Positions 10,101 to 19,217 are shown, numbered from the stretch's first letter. The stretch: DNA of 64,000 bases from Actinomycetota bacterium (GCA_046735375.1 JBKPTD010000001.1:884-64883), one strand, 5' to 3'. Notes: a model not told the origin generated them from the sequence alone. Made by a program: numbers and translations.

Positions 10101-10428
10101 CGCGGGAAGCCAGCCGCTCGAAGGCTGCACTGTCCACGTCTGCCGCGTCGATGGCCAGCCGGTAGCCACCAGGCTGGGCGATGATGGTCTCCGAATCGCC
10201 CGCAGGCAACGCCCGTCGCAGCCGGGAGATCAAGGACTGCAAAGCGTTGACGGCCGCCGCGGGAGGGTCATTTCCCCAGATCCCGTCGATCAGCCGGTCG
10301 ACCGTGACCAGCCGTCCTTGAGCCAAAGCAAGTTGGGCGATCACCGCGCGCAGCCGCAAGCCCGCGAGGTCGATGCGCCGCCCGCTGCCGGAGTACACCT
10401 CGACCGGCCCCAGCAGCCCAACCCGCAT
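7150..10428 (-). CDS. AfsR/SARP-family transcriptional regulator (OmpR-type wHTH + BTAD + NB-ARC ATPase + TPR)
   Basis: The N-terminus (LLGPVEV…RLRAVIAQLAL…DRLIDGIWG…YRL) is the SARP winged-helix DNA-binding domain, followed by a BTAD. A P-loop (VTLVGPGGSGKTRLA) and long TPR-like C-terminal region follow. Length is 1092 aa. Confidence 0.85.
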   Translation of the reverse strand: MRVGLLGPVEVYSGSGRRIDLAGLRLRAVIAQLALAQGRLVTVDRLIDGIWGNDPPAAAVNALQSLISRLRRALPAGDSETIIAQPGGYRLAIDAADVDSAAFERLASRGRAAFAAGESATASGLLHEALSLWRGAPLADLVDVPFAAVPAARLAELRLAVLEDRIETDLRLGRHAELVAELDALTAENPLRERLSSQLIRALYGSGRQADALAAYDRLRRRLADDLGIDPSPDLEQVHLAVLRQDPRLLPAAPSAASEPPQTNLRAQLTSFVGRTEEVARLGKLIADSRLVTLVGPGGSGKTRLAEEAAQRLVQSTPDGVWMVELAPVTDPLEVPQAVLDVAGMGEVRVLETQRSVSPAVRQGTMQRLVAAVAGRKMLLLFDNCEHLIEPSARLAEQLLALGSDLRIIATSREPLGIVGENLFPVAPLALPPAGANAEEASTYPAVRLFLDRAAAARPEFSLTAESADAVVEVCRRLDGLPLAIELAAARLRSLSIGEIADRLGGRFRLLTGGSRTALPRHRTLAAVVEWSWDLLSEAERAVARRLAVFAGGADLEAVEEICAGDDVRPEDVVEHVGSLVDKSLVLLAGELATRYRMLETIRAFAADRLAESGEAERFRRAHAAYFVALAERLEPELRRAGQLHWLARLRTEEDNFLAALRWATDSADARTAVRLVTALGWGWLMRAPEVALTWIKEALEVPGDVPAVDRAEATALLALGYGSADDFGAGRAAAQETRELVKDIPPAQRRLATMLSEPLFPMFDGDYEEAHRGLDQVAKSPDPWVRAIGRLLRGWLKLNDGDAIGGEEELAASLVEFQALGERWGLANATSAIAELRATRGDAAGAIDAREIALGLATEVGARDDIVKEFIQLAVLRARTGDMAGAQADIDSAMRARRREGSLDAAGHVDTAAGATDTEVFIQTAVAGISWLRGDLADARARLDKALALCDVVQSFPRQIRGMVLTAAACVDISEGEYATAEQRVAEAALIGVETRDMPVTGGALDAAATAAAARNRWTDAARLLGMAAAVRGMPDLGNPATVRTIEQARDAVGEDSYAAAYDEGRAMSREAIASLIREHGPFPEKRVTNP

Positions 10429-10480
10429 GATCCTCAGCCTCTCACGCGACTGGCGAACCTGGGGCGGACGATCACGCGGG

Positions 10481-11590
10481 CTAAAGAACCTTGTGGATCC
10501 AGCCGTGCGGGTCCGGCGCGGCGCCGTGCTGGATGTCGAGCAGTGTCTCGCGCAGCCGCATCGTCGCCGGACCCGAGCCGCCGTCCCCTACCGTCCACTC
10601 GGCGCCGACCTTCTTGACCGATCCGACGGGCGTGATGACTGCCGCCGTACCACAGGCGAAGACCTCGCTGATCGAGCCATCTGCGTTGCCTGCCCGCCAC
10701 TCGTCGACGCTGATCCGGCCCTCCTCGACGTCGTATCCGAGATCCTTCGCAAGGGTCAGAAGCGAGTCGCGGGTCACACCGGACAGGAGCGTTCCGGTGA
10801 GCGACGGCGTCATGACCCGCGCAGTGCTCCCCGATCCGTACACGAAGAAGAGGTTCATGCCCCCCATCTCCTCCACCCAGCGGTGCTCGATCGCGTCGAG
10901 CCAGACAACCTGGTCACAACCCTGGGCGGCGGCTTGAGCCTGGGCGACGAGGGACCCGGCATAGTTGCCGGCGCATTTCGCCTCACCCGTCCCGCCAGGC
11001 GCGGCGCGGCTGTAGTCCTCAGAGAGCCAGACGGTGACCGGCTTGACGCCGCGGGGGAAGTAGGCGCCGGCGGGCGAGGCGATGAGGACGAAGAGGCACT
11101 CGTTCGCAGGGCGGACCCCGAGACCCACCTCGGTCGCCATCATGAACGGGCGCAGGTAGAGGCTGTGCTCGTGGCTTTCTGGCACCCAGTCCCGATCCTG
11201 GGTGACGAGCGCGTGGGCAGCATCGATGAAGAGGGATTCGGGCAGCGACGGCAGGGCGAGCCGGGCGGCGGAGCGCTGGAAGCGCCGGGCGTTCTCATGC
11301 GGCCTGAAGAGCGCGACGGTCCCATCGACCTGTTTGTACGCCTTAAGGCCTTCGAAGATCAGCTGGCCGTAGTGGAGCGCCATCGTCGCTGGGTCGAGCT
11401 CGAAGCTGCCGTAGGGCCGCAGCTGAGCGTCATGCCATCCCCGGTCGGCACTCCATCGCGCGGTGACCATGTGATCGGTGAAGTAGCGGCCGAAGCCAGG
11501 GTCGGCTACCCGGCGAGCGCGCTCATCTGCGGCGAGCGGCGACGCCGTCGGCCGCAGCTCGATCTCCACGTCAGTGGTCCCGTATGTCAT
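10481..11590 (-). CDS. ilvE: branched-chain amino acid aminotransferase
   Basis: Class IV aminotransferase motifs (FTDHMV…YGQLIFEGLKAY…). Start moved to the ATG at 11590 (MTYGTTDVE), giving about 369 aa. Confidence 0.9.
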   Translation of the reverse strand: MTYGTTDVEIELRPTASPLAADERARRVADPGFGRYFTDHMVTARWSADRGWHDAQLRPYGSFELDPATMALHYGQLIFEGLKAYKQVDGTVALFRPHENARRFQRSAARLALPSLPESLFIDAAHALVTQDRDWVPESHEHSLYLRPFMMATEVGLGVRPANECLFVLIASPAGAYFPRGVKPVTVWLSEDYSRAAPGGTGEAKCAGNYAGSLVAQAQAAAQGCDQVVWLDAIEHRWVEEMGGMNLFFVYGSGSTARVMTPSLTGTLLSGVTRDSLLTLAKDLGYDVEEGRISVDEWRAGNADGSISEVFACGTAAVITPVGSVKKVGAEWTVGDGGSGPATMRLRETLLDIQHGAAPDPHGWIHKVL

Positions 11591-11766
11591 CTCGCTACGC
11601 CCTTCGCTTGCGTATGTCACACCGATCACCTGAAGGGAACGGTAGCCGACCCATCCCAAGATGTGGACGCCTACGGCCCCCGACCGCCACAACCCGTTCT
11701 TTCCGCAGAAAACGCGTCCTCACCTGGTGAAGATCAATGGGAGGCCGTATCCCGACGGGAGGGCGA

Positions 11767-12813
11767 TCAAGCGGTTACTCGATGAACGATCGCGTCGCCG
11801 ACCTCGCGGGTCGGGCGAAGGGCACTACCACGGGCGGCCAGGTCCGCGGCAACCGCCGCCTCAACCTTTGCCGCCACCCCGGCGAACCCGAGGTGGTCGA
11901 GCATCATCGCGACGGAAAGGATCGTCGCGGTCGGGTCGGCGACTCCCCGGCCGGCGAGGTCCGGCGCGGACCCGTGGACGGGCTCGAACATGGCCGGGTG
12001 CCGCCGGCTGGCGTCGATGTTTCCGCTGGCAGCCAGGCCGATGCCGCCGGCAATGGCGGCCCCGATGTCGGTCAGGATGTCACCGAAGAGGTTGTCCGTG
12101 ACCACGACATCGAAGCGACGTGGCTGGCTGACGAAGAACATCGCAGCAGCATCGACGTGGCAGTAATCGACGGAGATGTCGGGAAAGTCAGCTGATACGG
12201 CGCTGACGGTGCGCTGCCACAGATCGCCTGCGTGGGTGAGGACATTCGTCTTGTGCACAAGGGTCAGGCGCCGCCGCGGGCGAGCTGCAGCGCGGCGGAA
12301 CGCGTCACGGACGACGCGCTCGACACCGAACGCAGTGTTGAGGCTCTCCTCGGTCGCGAGCTCGTGGCGCGTCCCCTTCCGCAGCACTCCCCCGGCGCCG
12401 GTGTACGGACCCTCGGTGCCTTCGCGTACGACGAGCATGTCGATGTCGGCAGGCTCGACGCCGGCCAGCGGCGTGCGCACTCCGGGATAGAGACGCACCG
12501 GCCGCAGGTTGACATAGTGGTCCAGCTCGAACCGCAGCCGCAGCAGCAGACCGCGCTCAAGCACGCCACTGGGCACGGTCGGGTCCCCCACCGCACCGAG
12601 CAGGATCGCGTCGTGGTCGCGCAGCTCGGTGAGCACGGAGTCGGGCAGCGTCTCCCCGGTCGCGTGCCAGCGGTGGGCCCCGATGTCGTACTCGGTCGTC
12701 TCGATCTTTACACCGCTGTCCGCCGCTGCGATCTCGAGTACCTTGCGACCCTCGGCGACGACCTCGGGACCGATGCCGTCGCCGGGAATGACCGCAACGC
12801 GAAGTGAGCGCAT
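11767..12813 (-). CDS. leuB: 3-isopropylmalate dehydrogenase
   Basis: Strong homology pattern ([13 protein letters not shown]…, NLFGDILTD…). Start at ATG 12813 ([11 protein letters not shown]). Confidence 0.9.
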   Translation of the reverse strand: MRSLRVAVIPGDGIGPEVVAEGRKVLEIAAADSGVKIETTEYDIGAHRWHATGETLPDSVLTELRDHDAILLGAVGDPTVPSGVLERGLLLRLRFELDHYVNLRPVRLYPGVRTPLAGVEPADIDMLVVREGTEGPYTGAGGVLRKGTRHELATEESLNTAFGVERVVRDAFRRAAARPRRRLTLVHKTNVLTHAGDLWQRTVSAVSADFPDISVDYCHVDAAAMFFVSQPRRFDVVVTDNLFGDILTDIGAAIAGGIGLAASGNIDASRRHPAMFEPVHGSAPDLAGRGVADPTATILSVAMMLDHLGFAGVAAKVEAAVAADLAARGSALRPTREVGDAIVHRVTA

Positions 12814-12845
12814 GGACGGTGGCAGCTGCGTGGGCTCTGCGCTGT

Positions 12846-12947
12846 TCACCTGAAGCGGCCGGTCGGACCGCCGTTGTCTCGCCTATCCAGGGACTCCTGG
12901 ACGGCCTGGCTGCCCTTTTCCTGCCCCTCTGTCTGCTCCTCTGTCAT
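12846..12947 (-). CDS. candidate small acidic ORF (33 aa, [33 protein letters not shown]) upstream of leuB
   Basis: SD GGAGGAAG sits 6 nt upstream of its ATG. The ORF ends 33 nt before leuB. There is no homology support, so it may be chance. Confidence 0.2.
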   Translation of the reverse strand: MTEEQTEGQEKGSQAVQESLDRRDNGGPTGRFR

Positions 12948-12995
12948 GACTTCCTCCGCCGCATTTGACTGTTCCGGTGCATGTCGATCGGATGC

Positions 12996-13011
12996 GCGGG
13001 TACCCGCGCAG
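12996..13011. promoter_or_regulatory. perfect 16-bp palindrome GCGCGGGTACCCGCGC in the leuB / M15-peptidase divergent region
   Basis: Seen directly in the sequence. It is operator-like. Confidence 0.3.
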
Positions 13012-13322
13012 TGGCTGCGGAGGGGGCGGTCGCGGTTTCGTCACGGCTGGTTCGCAATCCGTCGGCTCGGGTGGCCGGCGGATCCTTGACGCCAATTGCC
13101 GCGACGGGGGGCCGGCCTGTCAGGCCCCGTCGCGGCGGCGAAGGATGAGTACGAACCGCATGGTGCACCCGAGCCTAACGGCGTCGCCTGGCATTGTCTC
13201 GGCATCCGGCGAGCCGTCTCGCTGGATGAGATACAACACCCAGCCGGCTGGCCGGCACCGAGCTGGTTGCGATCACTCTGACAGCGATTCCCCATTCGCA
13301 TGTCCTCGGTTATCGTCGGAAC

Positions 13323-14000
13323 ATGTTGTCGCGGCGAGGGGCGGTGCTTGCGGCGCGCCCGATGATCGGGGTGCTCGCCGTCGCGCTGACTTTAAGCGCA
13401 GCTGTACCGGCTGCGGCGCTCGCCCGCGACCCCAGGCCGTCGATCAACCCGGCCCGTCCCTTCGATCATGCGACGCCCCCGGCGAGCCGGCAGTCCTCGA
13501 TCGATGCCCTGTTGAACCAGGGCGCCGCCGCGATGGTGCCGATCGCGAGGCCCCGTCCGTACACCAAGCCCGACGCCGGCTGCATCCGCCCGTCTCCGGG
13601 TGGCGGCTGCATCACGCCGCGCACGGAATGGATGCTCGGGGAGCTGGGTCGCGCGTTCGGCGGCCTGCCGGGGCCGATCGTCAAGGCGCTCGGCTGCTGG
13701 GACCTCCACCTGTGGAACCCGACTTCTGACCATCCGCTCGGCAAGGCCTGCGACCTCTACGTCGGACCGGCCGGGCAGTTCGCGAGCGCCCAGGAGCAGC
13801 AGCTCGGCTGGCTGATCGCCTGGTGGCTACGCATCAATGCGAAGGCGCTCGGCGTCAAATACGTCATCTGGCAAGGGCGGATCTGGTCGCAACAGCGCGA
13901 CGCCGAGGGCTGGCGAGCTTATGACGGCGGGGGCATCTACGACGTGGATGAGGCCGTCGGCGGCCACTTCGACCACATCCACGTCTCGATGCTCGCCTGA
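13323..14000 (+). CDS. secreted LAS/M15-family zinc peptidase-like protein (VanY/ARB-07466-like)
   Basis: N-terminal signal peptide (MIGVLAVALTLSAAVPAAALA). SxHxxGxAxD motif (SDHPLGKACD) and C-terminal HxH (GGHFDHIHVS) are typical of M15 peptidases. Confidence 0.6.
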   Translation: MLSRRGAVLAARPMIGVLAVALTLSAAVPAAALARDPRPSINPARPFDHATPPASRQSSIDALLNQGAAAMVPIARPRPYTKPDAGCIRPSPGGGCITPRTEWMLGELGRAFGGLPGPIVKALGCWDLHLWNPTSDHPLGKACDLYVGPAGQFASAQEQQLGWLIAWWLRINAKALGVKYVIWQGRIWSQQRDAEGWRAYDGGGIYDVDEAVGGHFDHIHVSMLA

Positions 14001-14014
14001 CCCGAGGGTGGCTG

Positions 14015-14758
14015 TCAGGCGGTGTCCCGCCGCATGACGAGCCATGTTCCGGCAGCCGCGAGAACCGCCGCGTAGGCCGCGAGAAGCAGCCCGCCGCCAA
14101 TCGGGTCGAGCAGCCCGCTGCGCTCCCTGCCGATGACCGCGTCCGCGGCGCCGCCCGGTAGCCAGGCGTAGAGCTGCGGCGCCCGCACGAGGATGGGCAC
14201 GACGTTCTCGAGAACCAGGCTCCAGAGCAGCGCAGCAACAAGCGCGACCGTCTGATTGCGGGTAAGCACGCCGAGGGCGACACCCATCAGCCCGTACAGC
14301 GCACTAATGCCAATGGTCGCAAGCGCTGCCTCGGCGGACGCGACGGCTGACAGCGCAATGCCCTTGGTGCCGAGCACGGGCAGCACGACAAGCAGCCCCA
14401 GCGTGAGCGCGAGTACCGAGATGCCGACACCGACGAGGACGCCGGTAAGCATTTTGGCCATCACAACGCGACGCCTGGCCGGTGTGAGGAGGAATGTTCT
14501 GGTCACCGTGCGATGCGTCCACTCACCCGCCATGGCAATGACACCGAGCAGCAACGCAGCGAAACCGAGCAGTTGGGCGGGCGACCGCAGGAACCCGGGC
14601 AAGGTCTCCGGCCCGAGCGGTGGCGCATCCCCCTCGCCTGCCGTGGTGACGGCGAAAACCGCGAACACGATGACAAGAGCCGACGCCGTCGCGGCAACGA
14701 CCGCGGGGCCGCGGATCGTGGCAAGCTTCCTGAGTTCGACGCGAACGAGGCTGTTCAT
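14015..14758 (-). CDS. ABC-2 type transporter permease
   Basis: 247-aa hydrophobic protein with six predicted TM segments. It overlaps the ATPase stop by 4 nt. Confidence 0.7.
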   Translation of the reverse strand: MNSLVRVELRKLATIRGPAVVAATASALVIVFAVFAVTTAGEGDAPPLGPETLPGFLRSPAQLLGFAALLLGVIAMAGEWTHRTVTRTFLLTPARRRVVMAKMLTGVLVGVGISVLALTLGLLVVLPVLGTKGIALSAVASAEAALATIGISALYGLMGVALGVLTRNQTVALVAALLWSLVLENVVPILVRAPQLYAWLPGGAADAVIGRERSGLLDPIGGGLLLAAYAAVLAAAGTWLVMRRDTA

Positions 14759-15474
14759 CGGAGTGCTCCTGTCGTGGTACGGGTGAGGAAAAGGTCTTCG
14801 AGCGACTTGTGACCACCATCGGCGAGCAGGTTGTCCAGGTCGCCGGACACCACCTCTCGGCCGCGGTCGATCAGCAGCGCGTCATCGATGGTCTGCTCGA
14901 GCTCGGCGAGCTGGTGGCTGGACACCAGGACGGTGCGGCCCTGCCCGGCAAGCATCCGCAGGAATCCGCGCAGCCAGTGAATGCCACCGGGATCGAGGCC
15001 GCTTGTCGGTTCGTCGAGGATCAGCACCTCTGGGTCGCCGGTCAGCGCGTCGGCGATGGACAGCCGCTGCCGCATGCCCGACGAGTAGGTCTTGACTCGT
15101 CTGTCGGCAGCGTCGGCGAGGCCGACGAGTTCGAGGACGTCTCCAACCCGCCTGCGGCTGGCGCCTACCGTGGCTGCTGAGATGCTCAGCGCGTCCCTGC
15201 CGCGACGACCGGGATGGAAGGAGTCCGGGTCGAGGCTGGCTCCGATGAGCCGGGCGGGATTCGACAGCGCCCCATATGGGCGCGCGTCGAATCTTGCGCT
15301 GCCGGCGGTCGGCCGGGTGAGGCCGAGCAGCATTCGCAGGGTCGTGGTCTTGCCCGCGCCGTTCGGCCCGACGAAGCCGGTGACTCGCCCAGGACGAACA
15401 GTGAAGGTCAGATGGTCGACCGCGGTCAGTTCTGAATACCGCTTCGTCAGGCCATCGGCATGGATCGTTGTCAT
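14755..15474 (-). CDS. ABC transporter ATP-binding protein
   Basis: Walker A (GPNGAGKTT), signature (YSSGMRQRL), Walker B (LILDEPTSGLD). Length is 239 aa. Confidence 0.85.
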   Translation of the reverse strand: MTTIHADGLTKRYSELTAVDHLTFTVRPGRVTGFVGPNGAGKTTTLRMLLGLTRPTAGSARFDARPYGALSNPARLIGASLDPDSFHPGRRGRDALSISAATVGASRRRVGDVLELVGLADAADRRVKTYSSGMRQRLSIADALTGDPEVLILDEPTSGLDPGGIHWLRGFLRMLAGQGRTVLVSSHQLAELEQTIDDALLIDRGREVVSGDLDNLLADGGHKSLEDLFLTRTTTGALR

Positions 15475-15582
15475 GAACCCGACGGTATGAGCGCGCGATC
15501 ACTCGCGTCGTCGGCTCTGAGGCCGCACTTTGGCGTACGCCGCCGGGCCGACGAGCACACCCTGAGGCGTACAGGGGTCGGG

Positions 15583-16248
15583 TCAGCGCCCCGGCACAAC
15601 GAGCCCAGACTCGTAGGCGATGGCCACGAGCTGAGCTCGATCCCTGGCACCGAGTTTGGTCAGGATCCGGCCCACGTGGGTCTTCGCGGTGGCTGCGCTC
15701 AGCACGAGCCGGTCGGCGATCTCCGCGTTCGAGAGTCCCTCGGCAACTAGGGCCAGGACCTCGCGTTCCCGCTCGGTGAGCAATCGAGCGATCTCGCCGG
15801 CCGATGGACCAGGCGCCGGACGCCGAACAAGATCGGCGATAAGCCGCCGGGTGACGGTCGGCGCGAGCAATGCTTCCCCGCCGGCAACGACCCTGACCGC
15901 GGCCAGCAGGTCCTCGGGCATCACATCCTTGAGCAGGAAGCCGCTGGCGCCTGCCCGCAGCGCACCGTAGACGTACTCGTCGAGGTCGAACGTGGTGAGC
16001 ACCAGGATCCGTACGCCGGCACACCCGGGGTCGGCAACGATCTCGCGAGTCGCGGCGATGCCGTCGCTGCCTGGCATCCGAACGTCCATGAGCAGCACGT
16101 CGGGTTGTGCCGATTGGGCCAGCGCGACTGCCGCGATGCCGTCGGCGGCCTCACCGACCCACTCCATGTCGGCGGCAAGGCCGATCTGGACCCGGAACCC
16201 GTCGCGGACCAAGGCCTGATCATCGGCGATCGCCACCCGGATCGTCAT
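15583..16248 (-). CDS. two-component response regulator, NarL/LuxR family
   Basis: REC domain (VAIADDQALVRDG…DVLLMDVRMPG) with a C-terminal LuxR-type HTH (EREVLALVAEGLSNAEIADRLVLSAATAKTHV). Confidence 0.85.
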   Translation of the reverse strand: MTIRVAIADDQALVRDGFRVQIGLAADMEWVGEAADGIAAVALAQSAQPDVLLMDVRMPGSDGIAATREIVADPGCAGVRILVLTTFDLDEYVYGALRAGASGFLLKDVMPEDLLAAVRVVAGGEALLAPTVTRRLIADLVRRPAPGPSAGEIARLLTEREREVLALVAEGLSNAEIADRLVLSAATAKTHVGRILTKLGARDRAQLVAIAYESGLVVPGR

Positions 16249-17372
16249 GGGGCCACCCGCGGACTGCGATCAACGTCTCGCGGTCGAGTGGCAAGGGCGT
16301 TCGGCAGGACAGCGCTGACCCGCCAGCCGGCCGAGTCAGCTCGGGGGCCTGCCTCAACCGTGCCGCGAAGGGCCTCCACTCGCTGCCGCATCGCCGTCAG
16401 CCCGGTGCCCGAGCCGGGTACGGCTGCCTCGGCCGCTGCGGCTGTTGATCCCTCGTCGCACACTGTGACGCGTACCTGCTCGTCCGATACGTCGACCTCA
16501 ACGTCAGCGTGCTTCGCCCCGGAGTGGCGTACCACATTGGTGAGGGATTCCTGGACGACCCGGTACGCTGCGCGGCTCGCCTGGGCCGATACCGACCGCG
16601 GGTCTCCGTGAACACTGAGGGCCACACGGAGGGATCGGCCGGACACGGAGGCGACAAGGCGGTCCAGATTCGACAGGTCCTGGTCGGCGTCTCGACCCAG
16701 GACGGCGACCAGCTCGCGGGTCTCGGCAAGCGCCTGCCGGCTCGCTGTCTCCGCGGCGGACAGCGCGGTGAGCGCCTCCTCCTCCCGGCCTGCCGCGAGC
16801 GCCATCCGTGCGGTACTCGCCTGCACCGCGATGCTCGCCAGCCCGTGCCCGACCACGTCGTGCAGATCATGTGCGATGCGCAGCCGCTCCTCGACCATGG
16901 CCCGCCGCCGCAGCGCCTCGCGTTCCGCGGTACGCGCGGCCGCCAGGAGGCCGCCGAGTAGGGCGATGGCCGCGAGCAGGACATAAAGCGCGATGGTGTC
17001 GGCGGTCACGCCGTCGCGCCAGGCGACGGCGACGACGCAACCGACGGCCGTCGCGGCGATTGCACCGATTCCTTCGATGAGAGCGGGCCGAAACGGCCGC
17101 CGTCGCGCCTGCAGCACGAGCGCGGCGAGCAGCACATACGGCGGCATGATCGGATAGAGGATGGCCGCGGCGACATAAGCGCCGGTCACCACGCTCAGCA
17201 TCCGGCCCGGCCGGTCTCGCCACAGCAGCACAGCGGCGCCCTGCACGATCGCGAGGATGGTGACCAGGCCCGCCACGACCGAGCTCGGCCCCACTTGGCC
17301 GGTTCGCGGACCGAAGGCCTGCAGGAGCGTGAGCAGCACCAACAGGAGCAGCTCGCGGCGGCGGACCTTCAC
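16245..17372 (-). CDS. sensor histidine kinase (HisKA_3 / NarL-partner type)
   Basis: N-terminal TM segments, H-box (RIAHDLHDVVGHGLASIAVQ) and HATPase_c motifs. It overlaps the response-regulator start by 4 nt. Confidence 0.85.
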   Translation of the reverse strand: MKVRRRELLLLVLLTLLQAFGPRTGQVGPSSVVAGLVTILAIVQGAAVLLWRDRPGRMLSVVTGAYVAAAILYPIMPPYVLLAALVLQARRRPFRPALIEGIGAIAATAVGCVVAVAWRDGVTADTIALYVLLAAIALLGGLLAAARTAEREALRRRAMVEERLRIAHDLHDVVGHGLASIAVQASTARMALAAGREEEALTALSAAETASRQALAETRELVAVLGRDADQDLSNLDRLVASVSGRSLRVALSVHGDPRSVSAQASRAAYRVVQESLTNVVRHSGAKHADVEVDVSDEQVRVTVCDEGSTAAAAEAAVPGSGTGLTAMRQRVEALRGTVEAGPRADSAGWRVSAVLPNALATRPRDVDRSPRVAP

Positions 17373-17440
17373 AGCGACACGCTACGCCGGGAAACCGCAG
17401 GTGATCAGCGATAACCGCACGGCTCGCAGCGAAGGGACGG

Positions 17441-19030
17441 TCAGGACAGGTCGACGGTGCGGGCGTTCTCGGCGGCGATCTCGACCACGATCTCGTCGAG
17501 AACGGCCGGTGGTATGGCCGAATCCACGGTCATCCCGAGCAGGGCGTGACCGCCGCGGGTGTCGCGGCTGACCTGCATACCGGCGATGTTGACGCCCGCG
17601 TCACCGAGGTGGCGGCCGACGATACCGACGATTCCCGGCCGGTCGACGTAGCGCGCGAACATCATGTGCTCCGTCGGCAGCAGCTCGATGTCGAAGCCGT
17701 CGACCTCGACGATCTTCTCGACGTGCCGCGGCCCGGAGAGCGTGCCGGACACGGAGACGACCTGACCAGTGGGGAGCGTCCCGCGGACCGTCACGATGTT
17801 GCGGTAGTCGGGACTGTCTGGGCTGGTGGTGAGCCGAACCTCCACGCCGCGCTCCTGCGCGAGCAGCGGGGCGTTCACGTAGGAAACCGACGACTCCTCG
17901 ACGACGTCGGTGAAGACGCCCTTGAGAGCGGCCAGCTCCAGCACCTTCACGTCGTACCGGGTGATCTCGCCACGGACTTCGACATCAAGCTGGGCGGCGA
18001 CCCCGCCGGCCAACGCAGTGAAGATCCGCCCGAGCTTCTCGGCCAGCGGCAGTCCCGGACGCACGTCCTCCGCAATCGTGCCGCCCTGCACGTTGACGGC
18101 GTCGGGGACCAGTTCGCCGCGCAGCGCGAGCTTCACCGACCTCGCGACCGAGGTGCCTGCCTTCTCCTGCGCCTCCTGCGTGCTCGCCCCCAGGTGTGGG
18201 GTCACCACGACATGGTCGAAGTCGAACAGCGGGCTGTCCGTACTCGGCTCGGTGGCGAACACATCGATGCCCGCTCCGGCGACCCGGCCCTCCTTGAGCG
18301 CGACGACGAGCGCGTGCTCGTCGACGATGCCACCGCGCGCCGCGTTCACGATGCGTACGGTCGGCTTGACCTGTCGCAGCGCCTCCTCGCCGATGAGCCC
18401 AACAGTTTCGTGGTTCTTCGGCAGGTGGATGGTGATGAAATCGCTGTCGGCGAGCAGCTCCTCCAGCGGAACGAGGCGTACCCCAAGCTGCGCGGCGCGA
18501 GCGGCGGGGATGTAGGGGTCGTACGCGATCAGCTTGACGCCGAAGGTGGCCAGGCGCTGCGCGACCAGGACCCCGATCCGGCCGAGGCCGACGATCCCGA
18601 CGACCTTGTCCTGAAGCTCGACCCCGGTGTACTTCGACCGCTTCCACTCGCCTTGCTTGAGGGCAGCGTTGGCCGCAGGCACGTTGCGCGCGGTCGCGAG
18701 CAGCAACGCGACGGCGTGCTCGGCGGCGGAGACGATGTTGGACTGCGGTGCATTGACCACCATGACGCCAGCCCGGGTGGCGGCGGGGACATCGACGTTG
18801 TCGAGGCCGACGCCGGCCCGTGCGATGACCCGCAACCGCGGTGCCGACGCCAGGGCTTCCGCGTCGACCCTGGTAGCGCTGCGGATGATCAATGCGTCGA
18901 CATCGGCGAGGGCAGGCAGCAGGGCGTCGCGGTCGGCTCCATCCACCTGCCGGACCTCGTACTCGTCCTCCAGCAGGGCGATACCGGCCGGAGACAGCTC
19001 CTCGGCGACGAGAACGACAGGTTTGGTCAC
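17441..19030 (-). CDS. serA: D-3-phosphoglycerate dehydrogenase
   Basis: Full-length match to the actinobacterial SerA pattern, with NAD-binding GxGxxG (GIVGLGRIG) and a C-terminal ACT domain. GTG start at 19030 with SD GAGGAA, giving 529 aa. Confidence 0.9.
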   Translation of the reverse strand: MTKPVVLVAEELSPAGIALLEDEYEVRQVDGADRDALLPALADVDALIIRSATRVDAEALASAPRLRVIARAGVGLDNVDVPAATRAGVMVVNAPQSNIVSAAEHAVALLLATARNVPAANAALKQGEWKRSKYTGVELQDKVVGIVGLGRIGVLVAQRLATFGVKLIAYDPYIPAARAAQLGVRLVPLEELLADSDFITIHLPKNHETVGLIGEEALRQVKPTVRIVNAARGGIVDEHALVVALKEGRVAGAGIDVFATEPSTDSPLFDFDHVVVTPHLGASTQEAQEKAGTSVARSVKLALRGELVPDAVNVQGGTIAEDVRPGLPLAEKLGRIFTALAGGVAAQLDVEVRGEITRYDVKVLELAALKGVFTDVVEESSVSYVNAPLLAQERGVEVRLTTSPDSPDYRNIVTVRGTLPTGQVVSVSGTLSGPRHVEKIVEVDGFDIELLPTEHMMFARYVDRPGIVGIVGRHLGDAGVNIAGMQVSRDTRGGHALLGMTVDSAIPPAVLDEIVVEIAAENARTVDLS

Positions 19031-19217
19031 TGTGCCGGTTCCTCTCGACCCCCGCACGCCGTGGCTCAGGCGGGTGCACGCAGGCACGGAGCACACGGGT
19101 GATTACTGGCTGGACCGCGGCGAAGAACACAGCGCTGTGCCCGCGGCGTGCCCGCCAGTGTAGTCGGCCGCCCCACCCTCGATGCACGCTGGCACGACGC
19201 GAGCTGAGGCACCAACG

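Noticed and set aside
8681-10165. 494-aa Ser/Ala/Arg-rich plus-strand ORF, and several others, fully inside the SARP gene on the opposite strand
   Set aside because: Low-complexity composition typical of antisense frames in 70% GC DNA. The sense frame has clear SARP/NB-ARC/TPR homology.
12965-13729. 254-aa plus-strand ORF spanning the leuB / peptidase intergenic region and the peptidase start
   Set aside because: It is Arg/Gly-rich and overlaps the better-supported signal-peptide ORF in another frame. This stretch is treated as non-coding leader.
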